Notes under the pieces: generated by a model
Databases searched by the model: none
Told to the model about the DNA's origin: nothing
Seen by the model: only the letters and a program-made list of their open reading frames with translations
Shown here: in pieces, positions 44,294 to 64,000 of the stretch
How positions within the stretch are numbered: the first letter of the stretch is position 1
Layout: every line of letters starts with the position of its first letter
Position numbers and translations under genes: made by a program
NCBI RefSeq assembly: GCF_009914755.1
Contig: NC_060930.1
DNA length: 64,000 bases
Strand: one strand, 5' to 3'
DNA from: the human T2T-CHM13v2.0 reference genome, Homo sapiens

Positions 44294-44347
44294 TTAAACT
44301 GATAAGAACAGATACTACACTTGATCTTAGCTAACAGGCCAGGAAGC
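44294..44347 (-). pseudogene. RNU2: 3'-truncated, tailless U2 snRNA retropseudogene
   Basis: Reverse complement GCTTCCTGGCCTGTTAGCTAAGATCAAGTGTAGTATCTGTTCTTATCAGTTTAA matches U2 nt ~4-56; 19-bp TSD at 44282-44300 and 44347-44365. Confidence 0.93.
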
Positions 44348-45146
44348 TTATATGGTATTAAAACTTTAGTGTTTTGATCTAAATGTGTTTGTCCATTTAT
44401 TATTTACTTTAATATGTATTAATTTTTTATGTGTTTTCAAAAAATTTATTAAATTTATAAAGTACAAGTGCAATTTCTTTGCATACATAGATCACATAAT
44501 GGTCAGGTCAGGGCTTTTTGGGTATCCATTATCTGAATAATATACATTGTATCCATTAAGTAATTTCTCATCCTCTGCCTCACTCCCACCTCACCCTTCT
44601 GAGTCTCCATTTTCTATCATTCCACTCTCTACATCCATGTGTACACATTTTTTAGCAGCCATTTATGAGTGAGAACACATGATATTGTGTCTGGCTAGTT
44701 TTACTTAAGATAATGACCTCCAATTCCATCCGTGTTGCTGCAAATGACATGATTTCATTCTTTTTTTATTACCAAATAGTATTTCATTATGTATATATAC
44801 ACCACATTTTCTTTATCCATTTGTTGATGGACACTTAGGTTGATTACATATCTTTGTTATTGTGAATAGTGCTGTGATAAACATACAGGTGCAGGTATCT
44901 TATTGATAAATTGATTTCTTTTCCTTTGGGTAGATATTCAGTAGTGAGATTCCTGAATTGAATGGTAATTCTATTTTTAATTCTTGCAAAATATCCATAC
45001 TGTTTTCCATAGAGATTATACTAATCTACATATTTCCATAAAGATTGTAGTAATCTACACTCCTACCAACAGTGTACAAGAATTTCCTTTTCTCTGCACC
45101 CTTGTCAATGTCTGTTATTTTCTATCTTTTTAGTAATAGCCATTCT

Positions 45147-45879
45147 GATGCAAATCAAAGCAACAATGAGATACCATCTTACATCAGTCAGAATGGCTAT
45201 TATTAAAAAGTCAAAAAATAACAGATGCTGGCAATGTTTCAGAGAAAAGGGAATTTTCATACACTGTTGGTGGGAATGTAAATTAGTTCAGCCACTGTGG
45301 AAAGCAGTATGATGATTCCTAAAAGAGTTAAAGCAGAACTGTCATTTGACTCTGCAATTCCATTACTGGGTATATATCCAGAGGAATATAAACAATTCTA
45401 CCACAAAGACACATGCACATGACTGTTCATTGCAGCACTATTCACAATAGCAAATACATGGAATCAACCTAAATGCCCATCAATGACAGATTTGATGAAG
45501 AAAATGTAGTATATACACACCATGGAATACTATGCAGCCATAAAAAAGAAAGAATTTTTTTTGTGTGGGAACATGGTTGGAGCTGGAGGCTATTATCCTT
45601 AGCAAACTAAGTCAGGATCAGAAAACCAAATACCACATGTTCTCACTTATAAGTGGGAGCTAGATAATAACTCATGAACACAAAGAAGGAAACAACAGAT
45701 ACTGTGGTTTACTTGAGGGTAGAGGGTGGGAGAAGGGAGAGGAGCAGAAAATATGACTATTGGGTACTGGGCTTAATACTCAGGTGCTAAAATAGTCTGT
45801 ATAACAAACCACCATGACGTGAGTTTACCTGTGCAACAAAGCTTCACATGTATTGCAAACCTAAAATAAAAGTTAAAAA
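45147..45879 (+). mobile_element. 5'-truncated L1 (L1PB/L1MA-type 3' end)
   Basis: ORF2 end, 3' UTR, A tail; perfect 15-bp TSD agtaatagccattct at 45132-45146 and 45880-45894. Confidence 0.92.
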
Positions 45880-46739
45880 AGTAATAGCCATTCTCACTGG
45901 GCTAAGATGATAATACACTGTGGTTTTGGTTTGCATTTCTCTGATAATTAGTGATGCTGGGAATTTTTTCATACACCTTCTGACCATTTGTATGTCTTCT
46001 TTTGAAAAATGTCTATTCATGTCTTTTGCCCACTTTTTAATGGGATTAATTGGTGTTTTTTTGGTGGTTGTTTTTGTAGTTGTTTGAGAGCTTTGTAAAT
46101 TATGTGTATCAGTTTCTTGTTGGATGCATAGTTTGCAAATATTTTCTTCTATTTTGCATGTTGTCTGCTCCCTCTGTTGATTATATCTTTTGCTGTGCAG
46201 AAGTTTTTAGTTTAATTATGTTCCATTTGTTTCTTTTGTTTTTATTGTCTGTGCTTTTAAGGTTTTAGTCATAAATTCTTTGCCTAGGCTAATGTCCAGA
46301 AGAGCTTTTCCTAGGTTTTCTTCTTGTACTTTTATAGCTTTCATTATTATATTTAAGACTTTAATTCACCTTGAGTTAATTTTTGTAAATAATGACAGAC
46401 ACAGGTCTAATTTCATTTTTCTGCATATGGCAATACCATTTTGATAGCACTATTTATTAAAATTAAAAAGGAGATCTTTTCATAATGTATGTTCTTGTCA
46501 GCTTTGTCAATGGTCAGTTGGCTATAAATATGTGGTTTTATTTCTGGGTTCTTCATTCTGTTGCAGTGATATATGTGTCTATTTTTATACCAGCATCATG
46601 TTGTTTTGGTTACTATGGCCTTATGATATAATTTGAAGTGAGGTATTGTGATGCCCCCAGCTTTGTTCTTGCTTAGGATTGCTTGGGTTATTTGGGTTCA
46701 TTTTGTGTTCCATATACATTTTAAGATGGTTTTTTCTGA

Positions 46740-47204
46740 TTATATGACAAATGAGGTTGATGTTCTGATAGGAACTGCATTTAATCTGTAGATTGCTTTG
46801 GGCAGGTGAGCGATGCAGAAGACAGGTGATTTATGTATTTCCAACTGAGGTACCAGGTTCATCTCACTGGGGAGTGCTGGACAGTGGGTGCAGGACACTG
46901 GGTGCAGCGCACCATGCATGAGCCACAGCAGGGTGAGGCATCGCCTCACCCAGGAAGTGCAAGGGGTCAGGGAATTCCCTTTCCTAGTCAAAGAAAGGGG
47001 TGACAGACGGCACTTGGAAAATTGGGGCACTCCCACACTAATACTGTGCTCTTCCAATGGGCTTAACAAACGGCACACCAGGAGATTATATCCTGCACCT
47101 GGCTCGGAGAGCCCTACGCCAACAGAGGCTCGCTCATTGCTAGCACAGCAGTCTGAAATCAAACTGCAAGGCAGCAGTGAGGCTGGGGGAGGGGCACCCA
47201 CCAT
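46740..47204 (-). other. L1 ORF0 reading frame (antisense in 5' UTR), extended to 154 aa; expression unknown
   Basis: MVGAPPPASLLPCSLISDCCASNE...SVGVGLSEPG matches the primate L1 ORF0 N-terminus. Confidence 0.7.
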
Positions 47205-47779
47205 TGCTGAGGCTTGAGTAGGTAAACAAAGCAGCCTGGAAGTTCGAACTCAGTGGAGCCCACCACAGCTCAAGGAGGCCTGCCTGCCTCTGTAGGCTCC
47301 ACCTCTGGGGGCAGGGCACAGACAAACAAAAGGCAGCAGTAACCTCTGCAGACTTAAATGTCTGTCTCTGACAGCTTTGAAGAGAGTAGCGGTTCTCCCA
47401 GCACACAGCTTGAGATCTGAGAATGGGCAGACTGCCTCCTCAAGTGGGTCCCTGACCCCCGAGTAGCCTAACTGGGAGACACTGCCCAGTAGGGGCAGAC
47501 TGACACTTCACACGACTGGGTACTCCTCTGACACAAAACTTCCAGAGGAATGATCAGGCAGCAGCATTTGCGGTTCACCAATATCTGCTGTACTGCAGCC
47601 ACCGCTGCTGATACTGAGGCAAATAGGGTCTGGAGTGGACTTCCAGCAAACTCCAACAGACCTGCAGCTGAAGGTCCTGACCGTTAGAAGGAAATCTAAG
47701 AAACAGAAAGGACGTCAACACCAACAACCCATCTGTACGTCACCATCTTCAAAGACCAAAGGTAGAGAAAACCACAAAG

Positions 47780-48796
47780 ATGGGGAAAAAACAGAGCAGA
47801 AAAACCAGAAACTCTAAAAATCAGAGTGCCTCTCCTCCTGCAAAGGAACGCAGCTCCTCACCAGCAATGGAACAAAGCTGGATGGAGAATGACTTTGAGG
47901 AGTTGAGAGAAGAAGGTTTCAGAAGACCAAACTACTCTGAGCTAAAGGAGGAAGTTCAAACCAATGACAAAGAAGTTAAAAACCTTGAAAAAAAATTAGA
48001 CGAATGGCTAACTAGAATAACCAATGCAGAGAAGTCCTTAAAGGACCTCATGGAGCTGAAAACCACAGCATGAGAACTACATGACAAATGCAGAAGGCTC
48101 AATAGCTGATGCGATAAACTGGAAGAAAGGGTATCAGTGATGGAAGATGAAAGGAATGAAATGAAGTGAGAAGAGAAGTTTAGAGCAAAAAAATATAAAG
48201 AAACCAACAAAGCCTCCAAGAAATATGGGACTATGTGAAAAGACCAAATCCACGTCTGATTGGTGTACCTGAAAGTGACAGGGAGAATGGAAACAAGTTG
48301 GAAAACAGTCTGCAGGATATTATCTAGGAGAACTTCCCCAATCTAGCAAGGCAGGCCAACATTCAAATTCAGGAAATACAGAGAACGCCACAAAGATAAT
48401 CCTCGAGAAGAGCAACTCCAAAAACACATAATTGTCAGATTCACCAAAGTTGAAATGAAGGAAAAAATGTTAAGGGCATCCAGAGAGAAGGGTCGGGTTA
48501 CCCACAAGGGGAAGCCCATCAGATTAACAGCTGATCTCTCAGAAGAAACTCTACTAGCCAGAAGAGAGTGAGGGCCAATATTCAACATTCTTAAAGAAAA
48601 GAATTTTCAACCCAGAATTTCATATACAGCCAAACTAAGCTTCATAAGTGAAGGAGAAATAAAATAGTTTGCAGACAAGCAAATGCTGACAGATTTTGGC
48701 ACAACCAAGCCTGCCCTAAAAGAGCTCCTGAAGGAAGCACTAAACATGGAAAGAAACAACCGGTACCAGCCACTACAAAAACATACCAAATTGTAA
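47780..48796 (+). pseudogene. L1 ORF1p, disrupted
   Basis: MGKKQSRKTRNSKNQSASPP...; premature TGA at 48071-48073 and further stops. Confidence 0.9.
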
Positions 48797-48859
48797 AGAC
48801 CATCAAGCCTAGGAATAAACTGCATCAACTAATGAGCAAAATAACCAGCTAACCTCATA

Positions 48860-52676
<3,817 letters not shown>

Positions 52677-53922
52677 ACAATGAGAACACACGGACACTGG
52701 AAGGGGAACATCACACACCGGGGACTGTTGTGGGTTGGGAGGAGCAGGGAGGGATAGCATTAGGAGAGATACCTAATGGTAAATGATGAGTTAATGGGTG
52801 CAGCACACCAACATGGCACATGTATACATATGTAACCAACCTGCACATTGTGCACATGTACCCTAAAACTTAAAGCATAACAGTAATAATAATAAAAAAG
52901 GATTGCTTTGGGAAGTATTGTCATTTTAATAATATTAATTCTTTCAATTAATTAGCATGGGATTTTTTCTCATTTCTTTGTGTCGTCTACAATTTATTTC
53001 ATCAGTATTTTGTAGTTTTCCTTGTAGAGATCTTTTGCCTCTTTGATTAAATGTATTCCTAGGTATTTTTTTTGTTATGTAAATGGGATTGCCTTCTTAA
53101 TTTCATTATTGTCTAGATTATTATTGGTGCATAAAAGCACTACTATTTTTGTACATCAATTTTTTATCCTGAAACTTTACTGAATTCATTCATCAAGTCC
53201 AAAATATTTTTGGTGGAGTCCTTAGCTTTTTGTAGCTATAAGATTGTATCATCAGCGAACAGTGATAATTTGACCTCCTAATTTCCCATTTGGGTGCCTT
53301 TTATTTCTTTCTTTTGCCTAATTGCTTATCTAAGTTCTTCTACTACTATGTTGAATAAGCGTGGGTGTCCTTGTCTTCTTCTGGTTCTTAGAGAAAATGC
53401 CTTCAGCTTTCTCCCTTTCAGTATGATGCTAACTGAGGTTTTGTGATTTTATAGCCTTTAATATCTTGAGGTATGTTCATTCTATTCCTAGTTTGTTGAG
53501 GGTATTTATTATAAATGTACGTTGAGTTTTATCATAAGCTTTTTATGCATCTATTGAAATGATCATATTGAGATGTATTACATTTGTTTATTTGCATATG
53601 CATAACTATCCTTGCATCCATAATATAAAACCCACTTGATTGTAGTGTATTATCTTCTTGATGTGCTATTGAATTTAGTTTGCTAGTATTTTGTTGAATA
53701 TTTATGCTTATATATTCATCAGGGATATTGGTCTGGATTTTTTTTTGTTGTGTCCTTGTCTGGTTTTGGCATAGGTATCAATTGTAATGTCTCCTTTTTC
53801 ATCTCTAGTTTTACTTGGGTCTTCTCTCCTCTTTTCTTGGGTAGTCTTTGCTTATTCTTTCTTCTTTTTTATTTTTGTCTCACTTGATTTTTTTCGAAAG
53901 ATCTGTTTTTTTTTTTTTTTTT

Positions 53923-54350
53923 GGAGTCAATGTAAATTCTCATCAATGGTAGACTAGATAAAGAAAATGTGGTACATATATACCACTGAATACTCTGCAG
54001 TTACAAAAAGGAATAAAATCATGTTCTTTGCAGCAACATGGATAAAGCTGGAGACCATTATCCTAAGCAAACTAACACAGGAACGGAAAACAAAATACTA
54101 CATGTTCTCACTTATAAGTGGGATAAATATTGAGTACACATGGGCATGAAGAAGGGAACAAAAGACACTGGGGCCTACTTGAGGGTGAAGAGTCGGAGGA
54201 GAGTGAAGATAAAAAAAAACTACCTATTGAGTACTATATCTCTTACCTGGTTGACAAAATAATCTGTACACCAAGCACCTATGACATGTGATTTACTTAT
54301 ATGACAAATCTGTACATGTATCCCTAAATCTAAAATAAAAGTTTTTTTAA
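53923..54350 (+). mobile_element. Short 5'-truncated L1 3' end (L1MA/L1PB-type)
   Basis: MWYIYTTEYSAVTKRNKIMFFAATWIKLETIILSKL plus 3' UTR ending taaaataaaag. Confidence 0.85.
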
Positions 54351-57300
54351 AAAGACCTATGTTTAACTTCTGAAAAAGTTTTTTTCTGCTTGATTTAGCC
54401 TATTATCATTAAAGCTTTTAAATAATGTATTTGGTATTTCCTTCAGTGAGTTTTTCAGTTCCACTGTTTTTGTTTGGTTCTTTAAAAAAAAAAATCTATC
54501 TCCTTGGTAAATTTCTTGTTCACTTCCTAGACTGATTTTTTGAGTTCTTTGTTTTTCAGGTTTGTCTTGCATCTCAATGAGCTTCTTTAAAATCAGTATT
54601 TTGAATTATTAACAAAAAAAGAAAAAAAGAAAAAGATTTTGAATTCTTTATGTGGCATACTGAGGATTTCTTTTGGGTTAGGATATGGTGTGGAAGAATT
54701 ATTGTGTTGCTTTGAAGATGTTATATTACCTTGCTTTTGCATGTTTCCTGTTTTTTTTAACATTGATTTTTGTGCATTAGGAGAAAAAGTAGCTTCTTCT
54801 TATTTTTGAATTTACTTTTTTTGGGAAGGAGACTTTTTTTCTTAAACTTGTGACTATAGGGTTTGTTTGGTGGAAGTCTTTGATTTTTCTTCTGAGTGCA
54901 TACAGTGGTGAAGAGTCTGTATGATTTCTTAGGCTATAAATAGTGTTAGTCCAATCTGTGTTTTCCTTTATGTGTTACAGTATATTTGTTTGTGGGGCTG
55001 TGGTAAAATTATCAGGGACTGGAATGCTAGATGTGTCCATCTTCAGGTTTTAGTGGTAGGAGTGGTGGGCTAATGTGTTTATCCTTACTACCTGGAGCAG
55101 CATATGCTGGCATGTGTGTTTGCAATTCAAGCAGGCTGTGGTTGGGCCTCTGGATGACTTTCTTTGATGTCAGTTGTTAGCAGTATATGGGATGGGACAG
55201 CAGAAAATCAACCATAGGCTTCTGAGCAGCCTGTTTATGGGCAATGGCAGTAGCAGTGATTGTGATGTGTTCCTCAAAGTCTTGAGTGCTGTGCTCTTGT
55301 GTTAGCAGCAGTGATTGCAATGGACTGTATGAGTTGATCTCCAGACCAGTAGATGGCACTTTTAGGCAAGATCCAGCTGTGGTGGTAGTGGTATAATGTT
55401 TATGCTCATTTTTGTTCCTCAGGAAAAGTGCTTGGGCATCCCAGGTGGCAAATTGTGTTGTGGAACATCTAGAAGCCTGGATTCCGTGCTCTGTCTTGTG
55501 AAGGGCATGGCAAGGCTGGACAATGAAGTGGGCAATGTTGTGCTCAGGCCCTTCAGTAGTGAGTGTATACATCAGCCTTGATGAAATGCTTGGGTGAGGG
55601 ACCATAGCTGCTGTACTGAGGTCTTAGCATGGGGAGGGGGAGTGTGGTCCCAGCAGCCAAAGCTTTGATTGGCAGAAGTGGGACTTGTGTCACCCTCATG
55701 CCTTAGTCCTGGTGAATTTCCCTTCCCCATATTGGTTGTCTCAGCCAACACAGCTATTCAGTTAATCCCAGGAGTTTGCACCATAGGAGCTGCTGCCCAG
55801 CCCAACACCAAGCCTATGCAGAGACTGTCCTCCTGCATAGGTCCCAGGGGGCGAGGTGCCTGGTTCCAGCACCAGTAGCTGGAGCCCACCCCATGTTCCC
55901 TTTTCAGACCTTGTTGTGGGATCCCAACTCCCACTGAAGCCACAGTTCTGCAAATGCTTCCAGATTTTTTTTTTAACAGCTAACAGTGATACCACTGGCT
56001 CCCAGGATCCCAGGACCATGTGCAATTTGTGAAGAGCTAGGGTCAGGAATGACATCTTACAGTAGCTGGTTAGGTCTCAAAAAGGCATGTGACACTTCCT
56101 GTGCAGTTCCCTCTGGTAATCTCCCTTCTGCTTCCTAACTTAGATTCAGGGACTGGGTGAGTCAAGGTACTCTCCTGTGGCCTGGATTCATGGAAAAGTA
56201 GATTGCAGAAAGCACTTACCCTGTCCTGTATTGGCATTCACTTCTGGCTCCTAGATTTTCCTAGCCATGTGGGCTGTCTGTTTTCCTTCTTTTTCCTAGA
56301 TTTTAAAGTTTCCTTTCACTTTTCTGTTTAACTCCTATGTTTTATCTTGAATAATATATTCAAAATATGATTGTCTACACATTATTTTGGTTCATCTAAG
56401 TGGATGAGGCATGCTGGAAATGCTTCCAGTCAGCCATCTTGGAAACTAAAACATTCCATATATATTACTTGATATCTGTTATGCATCTGACCCTGTGTTC
56501 AGGCCCAGATTTTAAGTTGAAGAGAAGTTGAGTCACTATTTCTTGTCACAAATTATGGTAGTGATAAACTTTCTATGCTGTGGTAAAAGTGACATTCCCT
56601 ATGTATAACTTTATTTTTGATAATGGAATAAACAGTGTTGGACTCAAGCAGGAATATTCATTATTCAATCAAGGTAGTTCTTTAAGAAATAGTTGTATTA
56701 TTGTTCTTTCTTAAAAATCAGTCATTTTATCTGACAAGTTACTTCTTTATTTATGTCAAAAGTAGAAGACGAGATGGGGGCTTCAAGATGGCTTACTAGA
56801 GATGCCTGGCACTTGCCTCCTCCACAAAGAGAAATTAAGCATGAATAGATAATCACATGTCCAATAGAGCATTGAAGAATACTGGAATTCAGGAGGGAAG
56901 GGACAGGGACCCTCTGAGGCATGGAAGGAGAAAAAAGCAAAGCAGCTGGCCTGGCTGAGATTGGCTTGAAGCCAGGAGGGACTCCCCATTGTGGGGAAAG
57001 GTAAGCTAGAGATTCCCAACAGTCCACATCCCCACTGTAGGTAGACTCCTGAAATCCTAGCCATGGGAGATACCCTTGGCCCTTACAGGCCCTGAAACTA
57101 GTATGGGGAACTGCCTGGAGTCCATGTGATGGCATTGTTCCAGAGAGGGAGTTTGCCCTGGGTCCCACACATCCCCTGAGACACAAGCAGCTACAGCACA
57201 GAGCCATTTTAGGAGCCCAGCCCTCACCAGACTGCATTCTCCCGAGTCCCAATAGTTCTGATATTGCCACATCCCTGGAACCATGCTGACCACCCCCAAC

Positions 57301-58629
57301 CCATGTCCACCCAGAGGGCTGAAGTGTCATGACATTGGCTGGACTCAGTGATGCGGCTGGATTCCCAGCACTCTAGCCTATGCAGTATTCTACATCCCAG
57401 GAAATGGGTGGCGCAGTGCACCAGAGATGCCAACCCTGGGACTAAGGGAGCAAAGGTGTGTGCTCCTAAGAGTCTGAGTGCTGCCTGCCTGGGCTGTGGA
57501 CTCTGATAGAAACTAGACTCCCTCCAGCAGAAGGGCCACTGTGCACCTGCATGGTCCTTCAGGGTTCCTGGGGAACAGCCCTCCCAGGAACTGTCCCAGG
57601 GCCTACCACAGGCCCGTGTGAGGTGTACTAGCTCTTGCGCACACCACCTGGTGGCCTGAGGAAAGGCTTGTCCCCTCAATGTCACTATTGCTAGTTCCTG
57701 AGAATATTTTCCAGGGATGGGGATTCGCCTACCCTGCCTGCTGCAGCTGGTATCCACGTGCACCATTGGGGGTCCTAAGGGCATGTCCACCCCATATACT
57801 GCCACTGCCAGTATATACATGTGTCATCCAGAGGCCTGAGGACAGGCCTACCCCACCACCATCACTGCCACTGATATTCAAGTGTGCCATCCAGGGACCT
57901 GGGGAGAATCCACTCCACCTGTTGGTGCCAGGGCCTGCACATGCCTTCTGGGGGCCTGAGGATGGTCATGTAACATCTTCTACCACTGGCCGCATGCATT
58001 TCCTGAGGGCCTGGGGACTGACCCACCCAGCTTGCCACTGCCACTGCTGCTGGTACCCACCTGCATATGATTCCTGGGGTCCTGGAGATTGGCCTATCCA
58101 GTCCACAGCTGCCACTGCTGGTGCTCACATGTGCCACTCAAGGATCCAAGGGTTTGCCTGATGCCCCTACTACTACTATTGATGCTATGAATATCATCCA
58201 GGGGCTTTAGGATCCACCTGCTCATTCTGCCCATCACTGCAATGGTCAATACGCAAGCAAACTGCCTTGAGGCCCAGGGACTGGCCTGCCTGGATTAACT
58301 ACCACTAGTTCCCATGTACACTGCACAGGAGGTCCAAGGAATGGCACGACCAGACCATTGTTGCCATCACTGCTGCCCAAGGGCTGGCCTGTCTGGAATC
58401 CCTCTCCCTAGCAAAACCTTATTACAGTCTCCACTAACAGCTGCAGCCTAAGCCACTGGAGATCTCATGGACACCACTGAGGCTGATTATAGCCAATGAA
58501 ATAATACAGAGACTAAACTGCATCCATCCAGAATCAAAGCCAAAGCACTCTATCCACCCAACACTATAATTACATCTATAGGAAAAAGTCTTTCCCTACA
58601 AAGGCTATTACATAAAAGTGGAAGAAACA

Positions 58630-59123
<494 letters not shown>

Positions 59124-59477
59124 TCAGTGAGATACAAGAAAACACAGATAAATAATACAAAGCAGAAACAGAATTGATGATCTGAATGAGAAATTCAACA
59201 AGAAATAGATATAATAAAAAAGAACAAGACAGAGATCCTGAAAATGAAGAATTCAATGAACAAAATTAAAATAATATATCAAGAGCTTCAGCAGAAAAAT
59301 TTCTGAACTTTAAGATGTATTCTGAAATAACCCAGTTAGACAAAAAAAAAAAAAAAAACCCATAAAAAAGAATGAAGAAAGCTTACATAACATATAGGAT
59401 ACCATAAAGTGACCACATTTTTGAATTCAGGGCGTTCTGGAAGGCAAGATGGGCAAAGATATAAAAAACACTCTTTA

Positions 59478-59850
<373 letters not shown>

Positions 59851-60179
59851 TTAGTTCAAATCCTAGAAGTCTTCTCTAAGGTACATTGTAGTCAAACTGG
59901 CAAAAATCATAGACAAAGAGACAGTTCTAAACATAGCAAAAGAAAAGTGTTCAATCACATATAAGGGAATCTCTATTAGACTAGCAGTGAATTTCTCAGC
60001 AGAAACATTTTAGTTCTGTAAGGAATGGTATGATATATTCAAAGTGCTGAAAGAAACTTCCAGCAAAAATACTATGCCCAGAACAGTTATCCTTCATAAA
60101 AGAAGGGAAATAAAGTCTTTTCTAGACAAGCAAAAATGAAGAGAATTTGTTACTACTTGACTGGTCTTATAAGGAATTC

Positions 60180-64000
<3,821 letters not shown>

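Noticed and set aside
56722-58161. Several 160-202-aa ORFs
   Set aside because: Fall in an old L1 5' UTR where higher GC lowers stop frequency

Overview
Hominoid (ape, human-like) genomic DNA; an SVA is present. It is AT-rich and gene-poor, roughly half LINE-1, with the rest mostly nested ERV1/ERVL/MaLR LTRs, Alus, L2/MIR and DNA-transposon fossils. I find no supportable cellular protein-coding gene: nearly all ORFs in the track are broken L1 ORF1/ORF2 pieces, antisense L1 frames or Alu/LTR-derived frames. I do not see a new enzymatic or genetic system. The interesting content is retrotransposition biology readable from junctions: (1) a MER41 endogenous-retrovirus RNA (R-U5-short internal-PPT-U3-R-polyA) inserted by L1-type machinery with a 17-bp TSD and still carrying tandem GAS/STAT motifs; (2) two inverted L1PA4-like copies sharing about a dozen apparently non-consensus variant sites; (3) an SVA with a short 3' transduction; (4) an L1 inserted antisense at almost the homologous position of an older L1, making a ~700-bp imperfect palindrome; (5) an extended L1 ORF0 fused in frame to host-L1 ORF2; (6) hY1 and tailless U2 retropseudogenes. 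Subfamily names come from recalled consensus sequences and need RepeatMasker/Dfam confirmation.
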